64,000 bases of DNA, taken from assembly GCF_009914755.1 (NCBI RefSeq), contig NC_060925.1; one strand, given 5' to 3'. Numbering within the stretch: position 1 is the first letter of the stretch; every line of letters starts with the position of its first letter. A program made the translations under genes and the position numbers. The notes under the pieces were generated by a model. The model searched no databases. It was not told the origin of the DNA and saw nothing but the letters and a program-made list of their open reading frames with translations. This document shows positions 44,507 to 59,780 of this stretch, one piece after another. The stretch comes from the human T2T-CHM13v2.0 reference genome, Homo sapiens.

Positions 44507-46014
44507 TTCTTATGTTTTCTTGTCTTAGTTCTCAGCTAAAGGACCCACTCAGTCCTCAATTAGTGTCTCATGGGAAAGCTTCAGTGAGACTTGTCAGCCT
44601 CTCCTTTTACACAGCTTCTGCCTCTCTAATAACCCATCCTGAGAATTCCAATCACTTCAGTGGTGCTGTAGTATAATCTGCCTGTTCATCTCAGCAAGCC
44701 CATTTTCTGCACAGGGCTTCCACCTGTGTGGTTTGAAAAGTGACCTCAGGTGGAAAGCCTGATCACTCACACGGGTGGAAAAATATCAAAAGTGCATTTT
44801 AAATGAGTATACTTTAATGGCTAAAGGCTAATAAAATGCAAACCTCCAGTAAAATATATAATGGTCTCACCATTGCAAAACAGGCTAAGTTTTAGGTTTG
44901 ATGAACTGCTTTCACTCTCTTGGTGTTGTCATAGCATCATAAGTCACAGATAGAGGAAATGTAATACAGGTACTATGACAATGATAAAATAACTTAATAC
45001 AGATGTTTTTGTAAAAAAATGTTAGGCTGGAACCAGAAAACAGAAACACAAGGAAATGTAAGAAAAAATATTAGAGATATTCGAAGGTGAATAATCTTTG
45101 TGCGTAGTTTTCCATCAAATTACCCAACTCAGCTCCTGATTAGCTGTTTCCCTAGTACTTCAGTGAAAAGTTAATTGAAAACTAGAATATACTAATACTT
45201 AATTTTAAAAAATCTTTTTTATCACCTTTGAGTGATCAGAAATACTATGAGAACTTCTACAAGTTTTACAGTTTGCATTTGTAACAGTTGTCACAAATGG
45301 TTAACAGCACAAAAAAGTGCTTTTTATTTTATTTTTCTTTTAAATGATAGAAAACATTACAACAACAGGGTGTACATTCATTAAAGTTTAAAAACACAGG
45401 AAATTGTAGACACTAATGCCTCCTTTATTTCTTCTTCCTTTTGGATCTTCTTTTCAATTGTTGGTTTCTGCAAAGTACATCAAATAAAAAAAAAAACCTA
45501 GTAAGAACATGTAAGTATTCATTAGCTATCTGGAGGAGTAAATACAAAGGAATGTTTTCTATGAATACAAATTAGGAAATGTTACTTTTGTTTTCTTTGC
45601 TTCACTGTGAGGAACCCACACCACTGAACACATTTTAAATGCTACTTATCTTCATGTATCAGCCCCAAACTAAAAATTTTAAAAAATCCAATCTGACTGA
45701 CAGATATTAGTAATAATAGATTTACTTTGATTTTAACTTCATGTTAAAAAATATATCCTTTACTTGATGCCTTCTTTACTTAGTACTCCATGTTAAAACA
45801 GGAATTGTGCAAGCACTTTCAGTGGATACAGAGTTACATTGTGCTTTTATTATACTTGGTATGGTTTCTGCATTTATAACCAAAACCATTGTTAGTATTT
45901 CCATGCGTTGTATCATCTAATGTGCTCAGTCTTCTTCCTCTTCCATTACTCATATTTTGCAGCTGTTTTTAGTTATTTCAGAAGAAATCTACCATCAACT
46001 ATGCCTTGCCTGGG

Positions 46015-46235
46015 AAGCTTAAGAGCACAACCTTTATCATCAAATCCCTAATCTACTAGTTGGCCTTCGGCTATTCATGTTACATCATTGAATCTCAGTT
46101 TCATGTCTATAAAATGGTGGATAATAACTGTCATCTCTGGGGATTATGTAAGGATTCAATAGATAATGGATACTTATATAAAACATTCAAAACGAGGTAT
46201 AGCACATGATGAGATTACAAGTAACAGTAGCTACT
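46015..46235 (+). mobile_element. MIR
   Basis: ttaagagcac...tctcagtttcatgtctataaaatgg...gtaaggattcaatagataatg. Confidence 0.7.
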
Positions 46236-48062
46236 TTCTCTGTCATAAACATCTAAAAGATTGTTGAAGCTCTTCACCATACCATATGGTCTACATCCGT
46301 AATAACATTGAGAAATAGGTAGTTTTCACCTCTAATAGGCTTAATCATCCATTTTTCACATAATGTAATCTGATGTGGTCATCAATATATAAGAAGGTAT
46401 TCTTTCAAATTTTTGGTATCAACAGAAGCAAGACTTAAATTTCCAACTTGTGATTCAACAATTTAATGTTTTATTTTTAAAAGATGCATTGACAGATAAA
46501 ATTGTAATCCACTGTATAGCATTTCATAACACTATTTTGAATAAGACAGCCAGGATATTCAGATCTTTACTAGTCCAAACCAGATAAACTATAATTTTCA
46601 AATGGAATTCTTTTCACTGCTATTGATTTACATTGTTATAAAGCCAGCAGGTAAAAATCATGTTTGCCTTACCAAGGTAAACCAAAATTATGACTGCAGT
46701 TATCTTCAGGAATAATTATATTGGACATTATACTTGAATTTCTTCCTTTATATAATAAATTTAGATAGTACCAAAAATAATTGACCAACTGGATTCACTA
46801 TATCATAAAATTGGGTCTCATTTTCTTTCATATTCAATAAAGTATTTATTTTTATTTAACAAACAATATGTCATAAAGTTTTGAATAAACTGCTCTTCTA
46901 TGTGTTATTGTGTGTATACAATGAGTATGATGTGGTCTCTACATGCAAAGAAGCATGCAAATCCATAGGGGAAATAGACACACTTGATAATGCATAGAAA
47001 TTAATGAATGGGTCAGGGAAACAAATTGACTTCTATCTCCAAGATAGGCTACTTTTCACTATACCCAATAAATAACCCCCTCGATTACTGAGGTTATCTT
47101 CATAAAGATGCTACATACTATCTTTCTGTTTTGGTCTGTATTTTATCCCTTGCCCCATTCTTAATGAGCAATCAATGTTATTTCAAGATAAGTAATCTGT
47201 TAAAAAATGTGAGTAGTAGAATCCATGTACTTCTCAAACTAAGTGGATGGATGTGATTTCTCTCAGGTACAACACATTTTGACTTTTTCTGCTGCCTTTG
47301 CTTTCTTTTCTGACACATAAGATGCATATTTTAGATCAAATAAATTCATTTTTCTCTAGAAAGAGCTCATAATTAAAACTAAGTTTAAACAAAGCATAAT
47401 GACCTAACTCTAAAATTCTATATTTCTTTGCCGGTAGAAACTTCTCTCTCAATGATAAAATCCAAAACAGCCTGTGATAATACCATGAAATCCAGTAAAA
47501 GGGACCCAGAAGAACTTAAGCTTTAAAAAAAGAATATCCGTGTGTCTTATCATACACATTACATTTGAAAAAAACACATATATGCTTAATGGTGAAGATA
47601 AGATTCTCTCCTCTCAAAGACCAAGAAATTATGCAGTCATATTCTGTCTCTGTGCAGATAGCTTTCCGTTTGTTTAAGAACAATGTTACCCATAAATTCT
47701 CCAGCTTTATTCCGTAGCTTGAAGAGCCTACGCTGATAAATTTAAGTTGGGCACTCCATTTTTCTCAGAAATAATTCTTGCATTTAGGGTGACTCCTTCG
47801 AACTTGCTTTATTAGATGGGGTTCTCCATCTTCTTTTGTACCAAGAAAGGGAGAACTTTCTATGTGTATATATACAAATATTTTAACATAATTTTTCTCA
47901 CACTTTGAAGCAGATATCAGATAATCAGATACCAAGTTAGTGCAGTTTGCTAATATTGTATTTTTTTTAAGTAACAAAGCAATCATAATCTGTGTTGCAT
48001 TTGTTTGGTCTTTCTTCTCCAAATTGCTCACTCAGGTAGGAGCAGCTGTTAGTTAGTGGTAA

Positions 48063-50028
<1,966 letters not shown>

Positions 50029-51154
50029 AAGAATTTAGGGATTCTGGATTCTGGCTGAATGTGATCCACAGACTGAAGAAGCTCTTTAAAATCAGGGATT
50101 GTTTATCATGATCTCTTTAGTATTGAGCAAAGTACTCTGTCTAGAAAGACATTTATAAATGCTTTAAAACCTGGCTGATTAAGAACTCCATACTTCCTGG
50201 TAATAAACAAATCTCGTTTTCCCATAATTCCCATGTTGTGATATTAGAGACTCATAAGCGTAGATCTAGTTCTCTTTAGAGACCCTGTGGTGAAAACTCA
50301 AAAGTTCAGGACTGAATAACCCCACAGAGAAGGCTGAATCCTAAGAATATCAGGGTCAGCAAAGCAGTTGACTCAAGACAGGCTGACTTGACGATGCATA
50401 AAAAGATTTTGTCCTCCAAATCGTGACTCTTAATTCCCAATAAATGTAATTTTGATTTGGGATTCAGAAGGTGCTGTACCAAGGTATGCCCAAGAGTTTT
50501 GGAAGTAACTAGTGGCAAAATGAAAGCTTGTCTATCCAATCCCTTTCTGCAAAAATTTTAGATTTCTGTGGAATTTTCAAGCCACATGGACTTCACTGGG
50601 GATAATGAAACAGCAGTGCTCATATTTAAGCATAGCTGTGAAAAATGCTTGAGGGGCATGTTGCAGTGTCAAGTTTTAGAGGTTGGGTCAATTGAGGGTC
50701 TGTCCTTGCTCTGTCTCTTGCTACTTGTTACTGTTTTTGCACCTGTAAAATGGTGTGAGAATGCGTGTCTCATGAAACTGTTGTGAGGATATAAGGGAAT
50801 ACATTTCACAATGGTCTCCAGGTGCAGAGGGAGTAAGGATAATGTCATTTATGCCTTCTGACCATGGGGCATATTTTAAAAGAATATACACAGAGTAGGA
50901 AGTTCTTACTCAATTTTTTTCTCTGTAGATAAAAAAGAAGAAAAAAACCTCTTTGTCTGGAAATTATCTTAAAAGCCATATTTCTTTTTTTTTTTTTTGC
51001 ACTGTCAATGGAAATAGAAACTAGGTGGCCTAATGTGACATTCTGTCACTGAAATCATATAGAAAGCATAAAGCTTGCTCTACTGAAGAAATTTAGAGAG
51101 ATTAAGATGCCACCTCCCTCCTTGTGATACTTGCTTATGAGAGTGTTGTTCTAG

Positions 51155-51345
51155 AGCATTTGATTTCCAAATATGGTCTCTTGAAACCTGCCTCAGGATC
51201 ATCTGAGGTGTTTGTTAAAAATGTAGACTCAGGGTCTAATCCCAAATGGACTAAATTGAAACATCCAATACGGGGCCCCAGAACCTGCATTTTAAACACA
51301 CCCCCAGATGATACATATGTAATCTGAAGCTGAAGAATCTCAACC
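51155..51345. mobile_element. MER5A (hAT-Charlie MITE)
   Basis: atcatctgaggtgtttgttaaaaatgtagact...ggggccccagaacctgcattttaaac...cccagatgat. Confidence 0.75.
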
Positions 51346-52846
51346 TAGTGCAGCAATCTCCAAATATTTGACCAGCCACCAATTTGTAAAGGTTTTGATA
51401 TCCTCCACGTATGTGGTGTATATTCAATTACCAATTGTAAACATTGTCATGAATAAAATTTTAGAAATCTAGTAAAGGTTAGAAATATAAATATGATTAC
51501 AAATTAAACATTTTATTTCTTCCTTTATAATGGTCTTATAAACAGTCTGGGATGTATCTCTGGTCCAAATGTTACCTTTACCTCAAATGTGGAGAATAGC
51601 ATGCTTTAGAGATGGGACATAAAAATCTATCTCTGTGTATTATATATTTTTTAAAAAATTTGTACTGTAAAATATAATGTAACTCTTGGCTTCCATTCAA
51701 ATGTGACAAGTCTTAGCATTTTGCCAAGTTTACTTGAAAATTTTTAAAAAATAAAAAACTATAGAAACATTTAAAATCCTCTGTGTATTCCTTCCTGTCC
51801 CTTGTCCCATCCTTTTAACTCCAGAGTAACAATTATTCTGAAATGTCAGTGTTATGGCTGTCATTCATGGCTTTATACTATATCTACATAGGTATTTATC
51901 CACAAACAGTTCTCTTTCTCCTTCCCTTTTTCTCCAAGAGAATTGTTATATGTGATAATATCTTTATGTAAGTGCTTGCTTATTTTGCTTAGTATAATGG
52001 TCTTTAAATTTATCTGTATTGGTACATACAGATACATATACATAAAATAAATGCTAGTTTATTTTAGCTATTATAATATTTCATTGCATGAAAACGTGTA
52101 TTTGTGCACATGTGAGAAAGCTTTTCTTGAGTTATATGCAAAACTGGAATTCTTAGCTTGCACATTTAGTAGATCTACAATTTTTATTTTTGGATGTCTT
52201 ATGTCAGATATAAAAGTGTACAAAATATATCTTGCTTTAAATTTTATTGGTCATGATCAGCAGGATAGCACATACTTTCATGTTTGTGACCCTTTTTTTT
52301 ACATTTTCCATTAACTCTCATTTTCTTTGTTCATTTATTTTTTCTGTTGGGTTCTTTGACATTTTCTTATTCATTTGCAGATGTTTTTGTATATTTTGGA
52401 TACGAACCTTTTACTTGTTTATAGGTATTGAAAATACATTCTCCTAATGTGTAGCTTGCCTTTCACTTTTGCTTTTTTTTGCACAAAAAATTTAAATTTT
52501 AATCGAATTAAATTTATAATTATTTTCTTTTAGATTTGTTGAGTCATCAAAACCGCAACGTCATGTTTTCTCTTATACTTCCTTTTTCTAAGTTTAACTT
52601 TGATTTTCAGATGTAGTTCTTTGGTTCATCTGCATTTTTTGAAAAGTGTATTTTTTAATTTACATGAAGTAAAATTCTTTTTTGTTTTTATTTTTGGCTA
52701 AACTTTTGTGTGAGCTTTGACAGATGAATGGACTTGTGTAACCATTGCCACAATCAGGATGCAGAACAGTTCCATCACTCCAAGAACCCCTTTGTGTTGT
52801 CCCTATACAAACTCTCCATCTACTCCCAAACACTAGCAGCCACTGA

Positions 52847-52944
52847 TCTGTTCTCTACCCCTGTAGGTTTTGTCTTTTTCTGTTCTCTACCCCCGTAGGT
52901 TTTGTCTTTTTCTGTTCTCTACCCCTGTAGGTTTTGTCTTTTTC
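52847..52944. repeat. 3 x 32-bp tandem repeat
   Basis: ctgttctctacccc(t/c)gtaggttttgtcttttt starting at 52848, 52880 and 52912. Confidence 0.97.
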
Positions 52945-53870
52945 AGAAAGTCATAGAAATTGAATATACAATATGTAATCTTTGAGTCCAGTTTTTTTCA
53001 CGATTAAGATTTAATCATGTTGGTTCATGTATCAATAATTTGTTCTTTTTCTTGCTGAATACTATTCCATTGTATGGATGTAGCACAGTTTGTTTATCCA
53101 GTAAGCTACTGTAAGATATTTAGGTTTTCAGTTCTGGTGATTATGAATATGCTGCTATAGATATTCTTGAACAGGTTTTCGTGTGAGCATACATTTTCAT
53201 TTCTCCAAGGCAAATACCAAAGATTAAGTGCATATTTTACCTTATAAGAATCTGTCAAGCTGTTTTCCAGAGTGACTGTTAGCATTTTGCAATGTATGAG
53301 GATTCCAGTTACTCTGCATCCTTGTCAGCAGTCAATATTATCTTTTATTTATTATTTTTTAGCCATTCTAACTATTATCTCATCTGTACCTCATTCTGGT
53401 CTTAATTTGCATTTTCCTCATGATAAATGATTTCAAACTTCTTTTCACGTGCTTGTTTGCCATCACATATGTTCTTTGGGGAACTATGTATTCAAATCTT
53501 TTGCTCATTCTAGAGGGGGTTTTTTTCTTATTATTGAATTTCAAGGGACAGGGTTATGATATTTAGTCTAGCTCTCCTTGTAAGAACTGGAAGAGGAATA
53601 GTTGTCATTAGCTATCACATTCTGTCTTGGGCACATAGCAGCATCAAGACATCCTAACAATTCATACAAATGCTTAATAGTGTTAACTGTTATGTCAGTG
53701 TTAATTGTGGTTAAATGGGGGGAGTTCTCTACTCTCGGTAATAAAATTATCTTTTCACTCCCCATTGTCACCAAAGCATAAAAAAAGTTCCTTATATATT
53801 CCATATATAAGCTGCTCATTGGATATATGGTTTGTAAATATTCTTTCCCAGTCTACAGTTTGTTACTTTT

Positions 53871-53927
53871 TTTTTTTTTTTGAAACAGAGTCTTGCTCTG
53901 TCGCCCAGGCTGGAGTGCAGTGGCACG
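53871..53927 (-). mobile_element. Extremely 5'-truncated Alu (~46 bp plus tail)
   Basis: polyT-gaaacagagtcttgctctgtcgcccaggctggagtgcagtggcacg; probable TSD tacagtt(tg/ct)ttactttt at 53854-53870 and 53928-53944. Confidence 0.9.
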
Positions 53928-54273
53928 TACAGTTCTTTACTTTTAAAGAATCCTGGCCAGTTATTTTGTAGACTGATCTTCATTTCAGGTTGTCTGATGT
54001 TTCTATGATTAAGTTCAGATTATGCATTTTGGGCCAGAATACCACAGAAATGACCTTAATCTTTGGTTGTCTCTGTGCTTCATGTCAGGTGATACATGAT
54101 GTAGATATGTCTTATTGTTGTGATGCTTTCATTTTTTACATAGGGGTTTGAGTTATCAGATTATAATATTAGTACATTAAAGTCTATTATTATAACAGTG
54201 GTCTTGTCAGTTTCTTCTTGAAATTCTACCAGTTATTGAGGTAGGAATTTTTAGGCTTTAAAAAATAACATGA

Positions 54274-54804
54274 TATTGTGAATAGTGCCACAATAAACAT
54301 ACGTGTGCATGTGTCTTTATAGCAGCATGATTTATAATCCTTTGGGTATATACTCAGTAATGGGATTGCTGGGTCAAATGGTATTTCTTGGAACCAAGCC
54401 AAATGACCAACAATGATAGACTGGATTAAGAAAATGTGGCACATATACACCATGGAATACTATGTAGCCATAAAAAATGATGAGTTCATGTCCTTTGTAG
54501 GGACATGGATGAAGCTGGAAGCCATCATTCTCAGCAAACTATCACAAGGACAAAAAACCAAACACCGCATGTTCTCACTCATAGGTGGGAACTGAACAAT
54601 GAGAACACACGGACACAGGAAAGGGAACATCACACACCAGGGACTGTTGTGGGGTGGGGGGAGGGGGGAGGGATAGCATTAGGAGATATACCTAATGTTA
54701 AATGATGAGTTAATGGGTGTAGCACACCAACATGGCACATGTATACATATGTAACTAACCTGCACGTTGTGCACATGTACCCTAAAACTTAAAGTATAAT
54801 TAAA
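54274..54804 (+). mobile_element. Short twin-primed L1PA3/4-like insertion (inverted 54274-54388, sense 54387-54804)
   Basis: TSD aaaaaataacatg at 54260-54272 and 54805-54817; inversion junction ggtattt(ct)tggaacc. Confidence 0.95.
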
Positions 54805-56361
54805 AAAAAATAACATGGTAATTAACATCTTCTGTGTTTATTCCTTAGTCTTGTGTGTTACTTCCTTCTTTGTTGCTATGATGGTTTTTGGCTTTAAATT
54901 CTATTTGGTCTGATAGTAATATTGGTAATTTTCCCCACTTACCCCTTCCTTTTTAGTCTTTTAAATGGTTTTTAGCTCAATTTTGGTGCCTTGCAAATAT
55001 TTTAGACTTTCATTTTTAAAAGATGCACTTATATTTTATTGTAAATATTAACACATTTAGAATCATTGCTACCACTTTATTTTGTAATATTTTCTAAGTA
55101 TTCATTTTCTTTTCTTTTCTTTCTTCTTTAGAAAAAAATTCTTTTTTATTTCTTGTGCAGGTTTACAGGATTTCTGTTCAATTTCTACTTGGGGCAAGGT
55201 TTCCCTTAATTGTTTTTACATGAGTAATTAAATATTTTTCTAACAAGGCCTACATTGATTTAGTGTTTCTCTCTTAATCACAAACACACCACAAAGATCC
55301 TAGTAAAGTTTAACTTTCCTTTGAACAGCTCACCCAATTCCATGTGCACACATGCATACATTCATATTGTTATTGCTATTTAGAATAATAGTTTTATTAT
55401 TAAAAATAATAAACTATTGCATTTAAAAATCAATAGTTAAATATAGTTTGAAGCATGCATTTATTAATTTATCTGTTCACTGTTGTTTTTACTTGTCTTT
55501 TCTTCAGGGCACCATTTTCTTTTATTATATATAACCTTTAATAGCTCCAAATTGGTGTTTCTCAGCACACTGGATGGTTAAATATTGATCTCCTAAGGCC
55601 TAAAGGTGAACCAGTGATTTTTAGGTGACCAAGTGCTTCCACCTGAGCATAGCCTTGTTTGTTCACTCCCATTATGATTTTCTAAGTATGTCATGATTTT
55701 AAAATGTTTGGTAAATGTCACTCCAACAGCCTTTCACTCTGAGTCTGGAGCTTAAACTCTCATCTTTGAATATCTGAACAGCTTTTTATTACCTGGATTT
55801 AAAATTTGAGGTTGACAGTTTTTCTTCAGCATTTTAGTATTACTTTATTCTATATATTGCTTCTAATGGGACATATCTTGTCAGATTAATCCTCATTCTT
55901 TTGTTCATAATCCTTTTTTCCCTATGATAGCTTTTGTGGTTATCTCTTTATCCTTAATGCTTTTACATTTCACAATGATGCAATTAGGTGTCTGTTTATT
56001 TTCATTTATCTTGCTAAAACACTTTGAATTTCAGAAGTAGTGTCTCCTTTCTACTTGGTAAAATTCTCACTCATTTCATCTTTACATTTTGTGTCTCCAT
56101 CACTTTTAAAAAATCTGAACTCTGATGCTAGAACTCCTCTATTCTCTATGTCTCTTAACTGTTTTGGTTCCTGTTTAAATCACTTTATGACTCTATGCTG
56201 CATTATGGGTGAAGACTTCAGTACTATTATTCACTTAATCTCTTCTCATCTGTCGGCTACTGTGTCCAGGCTAGATTTTATTATATCTTTTAAGATTTTT
56301 TTCTCCCACAATGGCTACATTTTTATAGCCAAAATTTATATTTGCCTGTTTATTTTTATAT

Positions 56362-56950
56362 TGTGATGGTTAGAATCCTAAGGTCGTTTCTGTGATCCAT
56401 GTCCATGTTGGTAGATATGCTTCTTCTTTTGAATGTAGGTGGGACCTGTAACTTGCTTCTAACCAATTCAGTTTGACAGAAGCGATGGAATATTATTCCC
56501 ATGATTATGTTTTGCTATACAGCAAAACTGAAGAGAATTTGCAGATGTAGTCAAAGTTTTTAATCTATTGACTTTAGAGTAATCTAAAGGGAGATTATCC
56601 TGGATGGGCCTGTCCTAACCAATCAAACCATTTTAAAGAGGGTCCAGAGGTCATAGATGGGGGCAGTGGAGTTGCTCTTTTCTGGGCCTTGAAGAAACAA
56701 GTTGCCATGATTTCCACAGCTACAAAGAAATACATTTTGCCAACAACCATGTGTGCTGTGGAGAGGCCCCCAAACCTCCAGTGAGACCACACCCCGGCTA
56801 ACACTTTGATTACAATGTGGGAGACCCTTAGTAGAGGAGACAGATAACACTGCAACTGGCCTCCTGGACCACAGCAACTTTGAGATAATAAATGTATGGT
56901 GTGTTTAGTCACTAGGTTTGTGGTAATCTGTTATCCAGAAAACTAATACA
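56362..56950 (+). mobile_element. MLT1E-type (MaLR) solo LTR
   Basis: tgtgatggttagaatcctaagg...tttgcagatgtagtcaaag...gggagattatcctggatgggcc...gaaaactaataca; TSD tatat/tattt. Confidence 0.88.
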
Positions 56951-57924
56951 TATTTGTATCAATTTTTGTTTCATGGTTTGCTGTTTTAATTTCAGTATTT
57001 CTTGTTCTTTTCTTGAATATTATTTTTATTTCTTTAGTTATTTTATTATTAATTAAACTTTATACCTCTTTTCTATTGTTTTTATTTCATTTTATCTGCA
57101 TTGGATTTTGAATTAATTTTGTTAGCTGTCTAAGAACTACATTTTTTGTTCATGTAATTTTCGGGTTTAGGCTCATTTAAATAGGAAACGCTCTCCCTTT
57201 TACCCCTTCCCACCACCTTCTTCATCTAAATCTCTATTCCCACATTACCTGTTGCTTTGAACTGCCTCCCAGAGGCCTGCTGTTTCAGAAAGAGACTTTG
57301 TATCAGCTGCACCATGGTGATTAGTCCTGAAGCCAGCTGGTATATTTCTTTAGGTCCTGTCATGGAGATATTTTTGTCTTGTCCTCCCACCTCCTTAGGT
57401 AACATTCATAGAATATCTAACCCAGGAAGCAGACATTTTTTCAGATTTCTTTTAAAATAGGGAGCTTCATCATACCAGCCACTGGTTTCAATCAGTTAGC
57501 CTGGTCTCCCTGGTAACATAAGACACTTTGCTATTTGTTGTTCCTCAGACTCTTCCAGCCCCAAGTCTATTTCTGAATCAGAAGCTCATCTGGTTTGCAG
57601 CTTCAGCTCTGCTCACTCCTCTATTCCATTTTGGGATCTCAGGTGTATTTACCTTAATTTGAAGCCTAGTTGTGTTTTTTTCTCTTTTAATTGAAAATAT
57701 TTATTATCATCCATTTATGGAGGGAAGGACAGAATTTAAACTTATAATTCTTATTTACTTTGCTGAAAACTATAAAAAGGCTCATAACCATATTATTTTA
57801 TTAGATATATTTAATAATGAACTATATTTAATAATGAATGCAATATTCACACCAACATTCATGTATTGACATGTACTTATCTAATCTTTTTGGATACTTA
57901 TAACATTTTTGCTTATTTTCTGAG

Positions 57925-58364
57925 TATTATATCTTAGTCATGGGTCCCTGACATCAACTTTATACACTGATTCCTTTCAATGGCCAGAGTTGGCTGGATT
58001 AATGGTTTAACCTGGGTAAAACAAAGGTTTTTCCTGAGAATTTGAAATTGAGAGAAAAAGAAGAAAATAGAGAGTACTCAGTTGCTTTTCCTGTGGCTTA
58101 CCTATGTTAAGCTAATCATGCCAAGTTTACCTTCAATGAAAGAAAAAGTAGAAGGTAGTTGTTGTTTTTTTTTTTCAGAAAGACAGGAGATAACCTGAAT
58201 AGAAACAAAGGTTAGAGATGGATAGAGGGCTTTATAATTCCATAATAATCTTTCCTATATGTGTGTTTTAAGAGATACCTACAGATCCTTTACAATAAAT
58301 TTATCTAGTTGGTGTTACTTTATTGAGTTTCTATTTCTTGCAAGTAAAATGAGTCCTAACTAAC
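57925..58364 (+). mobile_element. Old MLT1 LTR, terminus interrupted by MLT2
   Basis: 3' end gagtttctatttcttgcaagtaaaatgagtcctaactaa. Confidence 0.6.
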
Positions 58365-58927
58365 TGTGAGGGGTCTGCCTGTCATTCACTTGGCTAAGCT
58401 GGACCTATGCTTTCCAGAATACCCTTCCCTAATGCTCTAGGCTAGAGTTGGCTAAAAGTGGTACTTGCATGACATTTGTTTAGAAGAAGGAAACCAGCAT
58501 CCATTGCTCTCCGAAGGTTGTGATGACAGTCGTGTGATGAGATCTGAGGCTGTGGTGGCAGACTGAGTGAGGATAAACTGATGGGTTATAGCTTGTTCTT
58601 TAAAATCTCCTCTGCTCCACATCCAGCAATCTTGCCAGCTGCTGATCTTGCTGACCAATAAAGGCCTCTTGTCCATCACCAGGTACTTGGAGGCAGACCC
58701 CTAGACTTCTTCCAGAGACTTCTCCATCACCTCCCATTACTCAGATCCATGTACATGTCTGAACATGAAATCAGTGGTTTCTCAGACTGACTGATCTCTG
58801 ACTCCTCTAGCTTCCCAATTTTTCCTTTCAGACATTCATTAAGGAAGATCTAATTCCTACAGCAAATCTCTCATCCCATAGTTCATAATCATTTTGCTTC
58901 CCTGACTGAATCCACATTAGTGATACA
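58365..58927 (+). mobile_element. MLT2F/E-like (ERVL) solo LTR
   Basis: tgtgagggg...cttggctaagctggacctatgctttccagaat...gcttccctgactgaatcc...tgataca; TSD ctaac/ctaat. Confidence 0.75.
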
Positions 58928-59139
58928 CTAATGTAACTTGTCATGTTAAAGCATTCCTTAGGAGTATGATTTCCAGCCAATTTCCTCAATACGCTTCTCT
59001 GCTGAAAGACTAGCTCCCATGTCTTCTAAATTGCTCCACTGCAAAGTTTTCTGTGCCAATAAAGATTTTTTCTTCACAAATATTGTTAAATTATTATATA
59101 CAACATAACCTTTGAAATTAAAATCTATGGATTTTTTGC

Positions 59140-59780
59140 ATACTGTTTATTGAGCAACTACTACATGCTAAGCAAAGCTCTCAAACTGGGGATGTAATAG
59201 TAAATAAGATTAAAATGCTTCTGATTTTATAGATTTTTGCATTCTAATTGGAGAAGGGAATACAAACAGGCAAAAAGGAAACAAATAAATAAGATAATTT
59301 CAAATAGTGCTTATATTATGAAGGAAATGGGCAGGGAGATCTGAGAGAGAATAACTAGCAGTGATAGCTTCTTTAGACCAAGAAGTCAAAGAAGCACTCT
59401 TAGAAGTTGTCATTCGAACAGAAACAAATGACATGGAGGACCACCTCCATAGAGATCTTGGGAGAAAACATTCCAGGAAGATGGAAACAGTTAGGTGCAA
59501 AGGCCTAAGAGGAGAAAGAACTTAGCAAGTTCTAAAGAAGGGAGAAGAGTGGCAGAAGATGAGGTCTGAGAGGTAGGTATGGGTTAAATAATGTATGGCC
59601 TTGTAGGCTACAGAAAAGAGTCTGAACTTTTTTCTAAGTGCAAGGAAATACCAGTGCTGAATTTAGCTTTGTTATATGTTTTCTGTTTTAAACTTCCCTC
59701 TGATGACTGGGTGAGGATGGATGGTAAGGAGACAAGATTGGAAACAGAGACTAGTACAAGGAGCATGGAGAAGAGGCAAG
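59140..59780 (-). mobile_element. L2
   Basis: tttattgagcaactactacatgctaagca...gtgcaaaggcctaagagg...ggccttgtaggc. Confidence 0.8.

Larger units (their letters stand above)
51650..57200 (-). mobile_element. Mosaic of ancient antisense L1ME/L1MC fragments hosting younger inserts
   Basis: e.g. gtgtaaccattgccacaatcaggatgcagaacagttccatcactcc; tattccattgtatggatgtagcacagtttgtttatcca; boundaries approximate. Confidence 0.7.

Noticed and set aside
52847-52944. 32-bp repeats of CRISPR-like length
   Set aside because: Head-to-tail with no spacers, in a eukaryotic L1 context, with no cas genes
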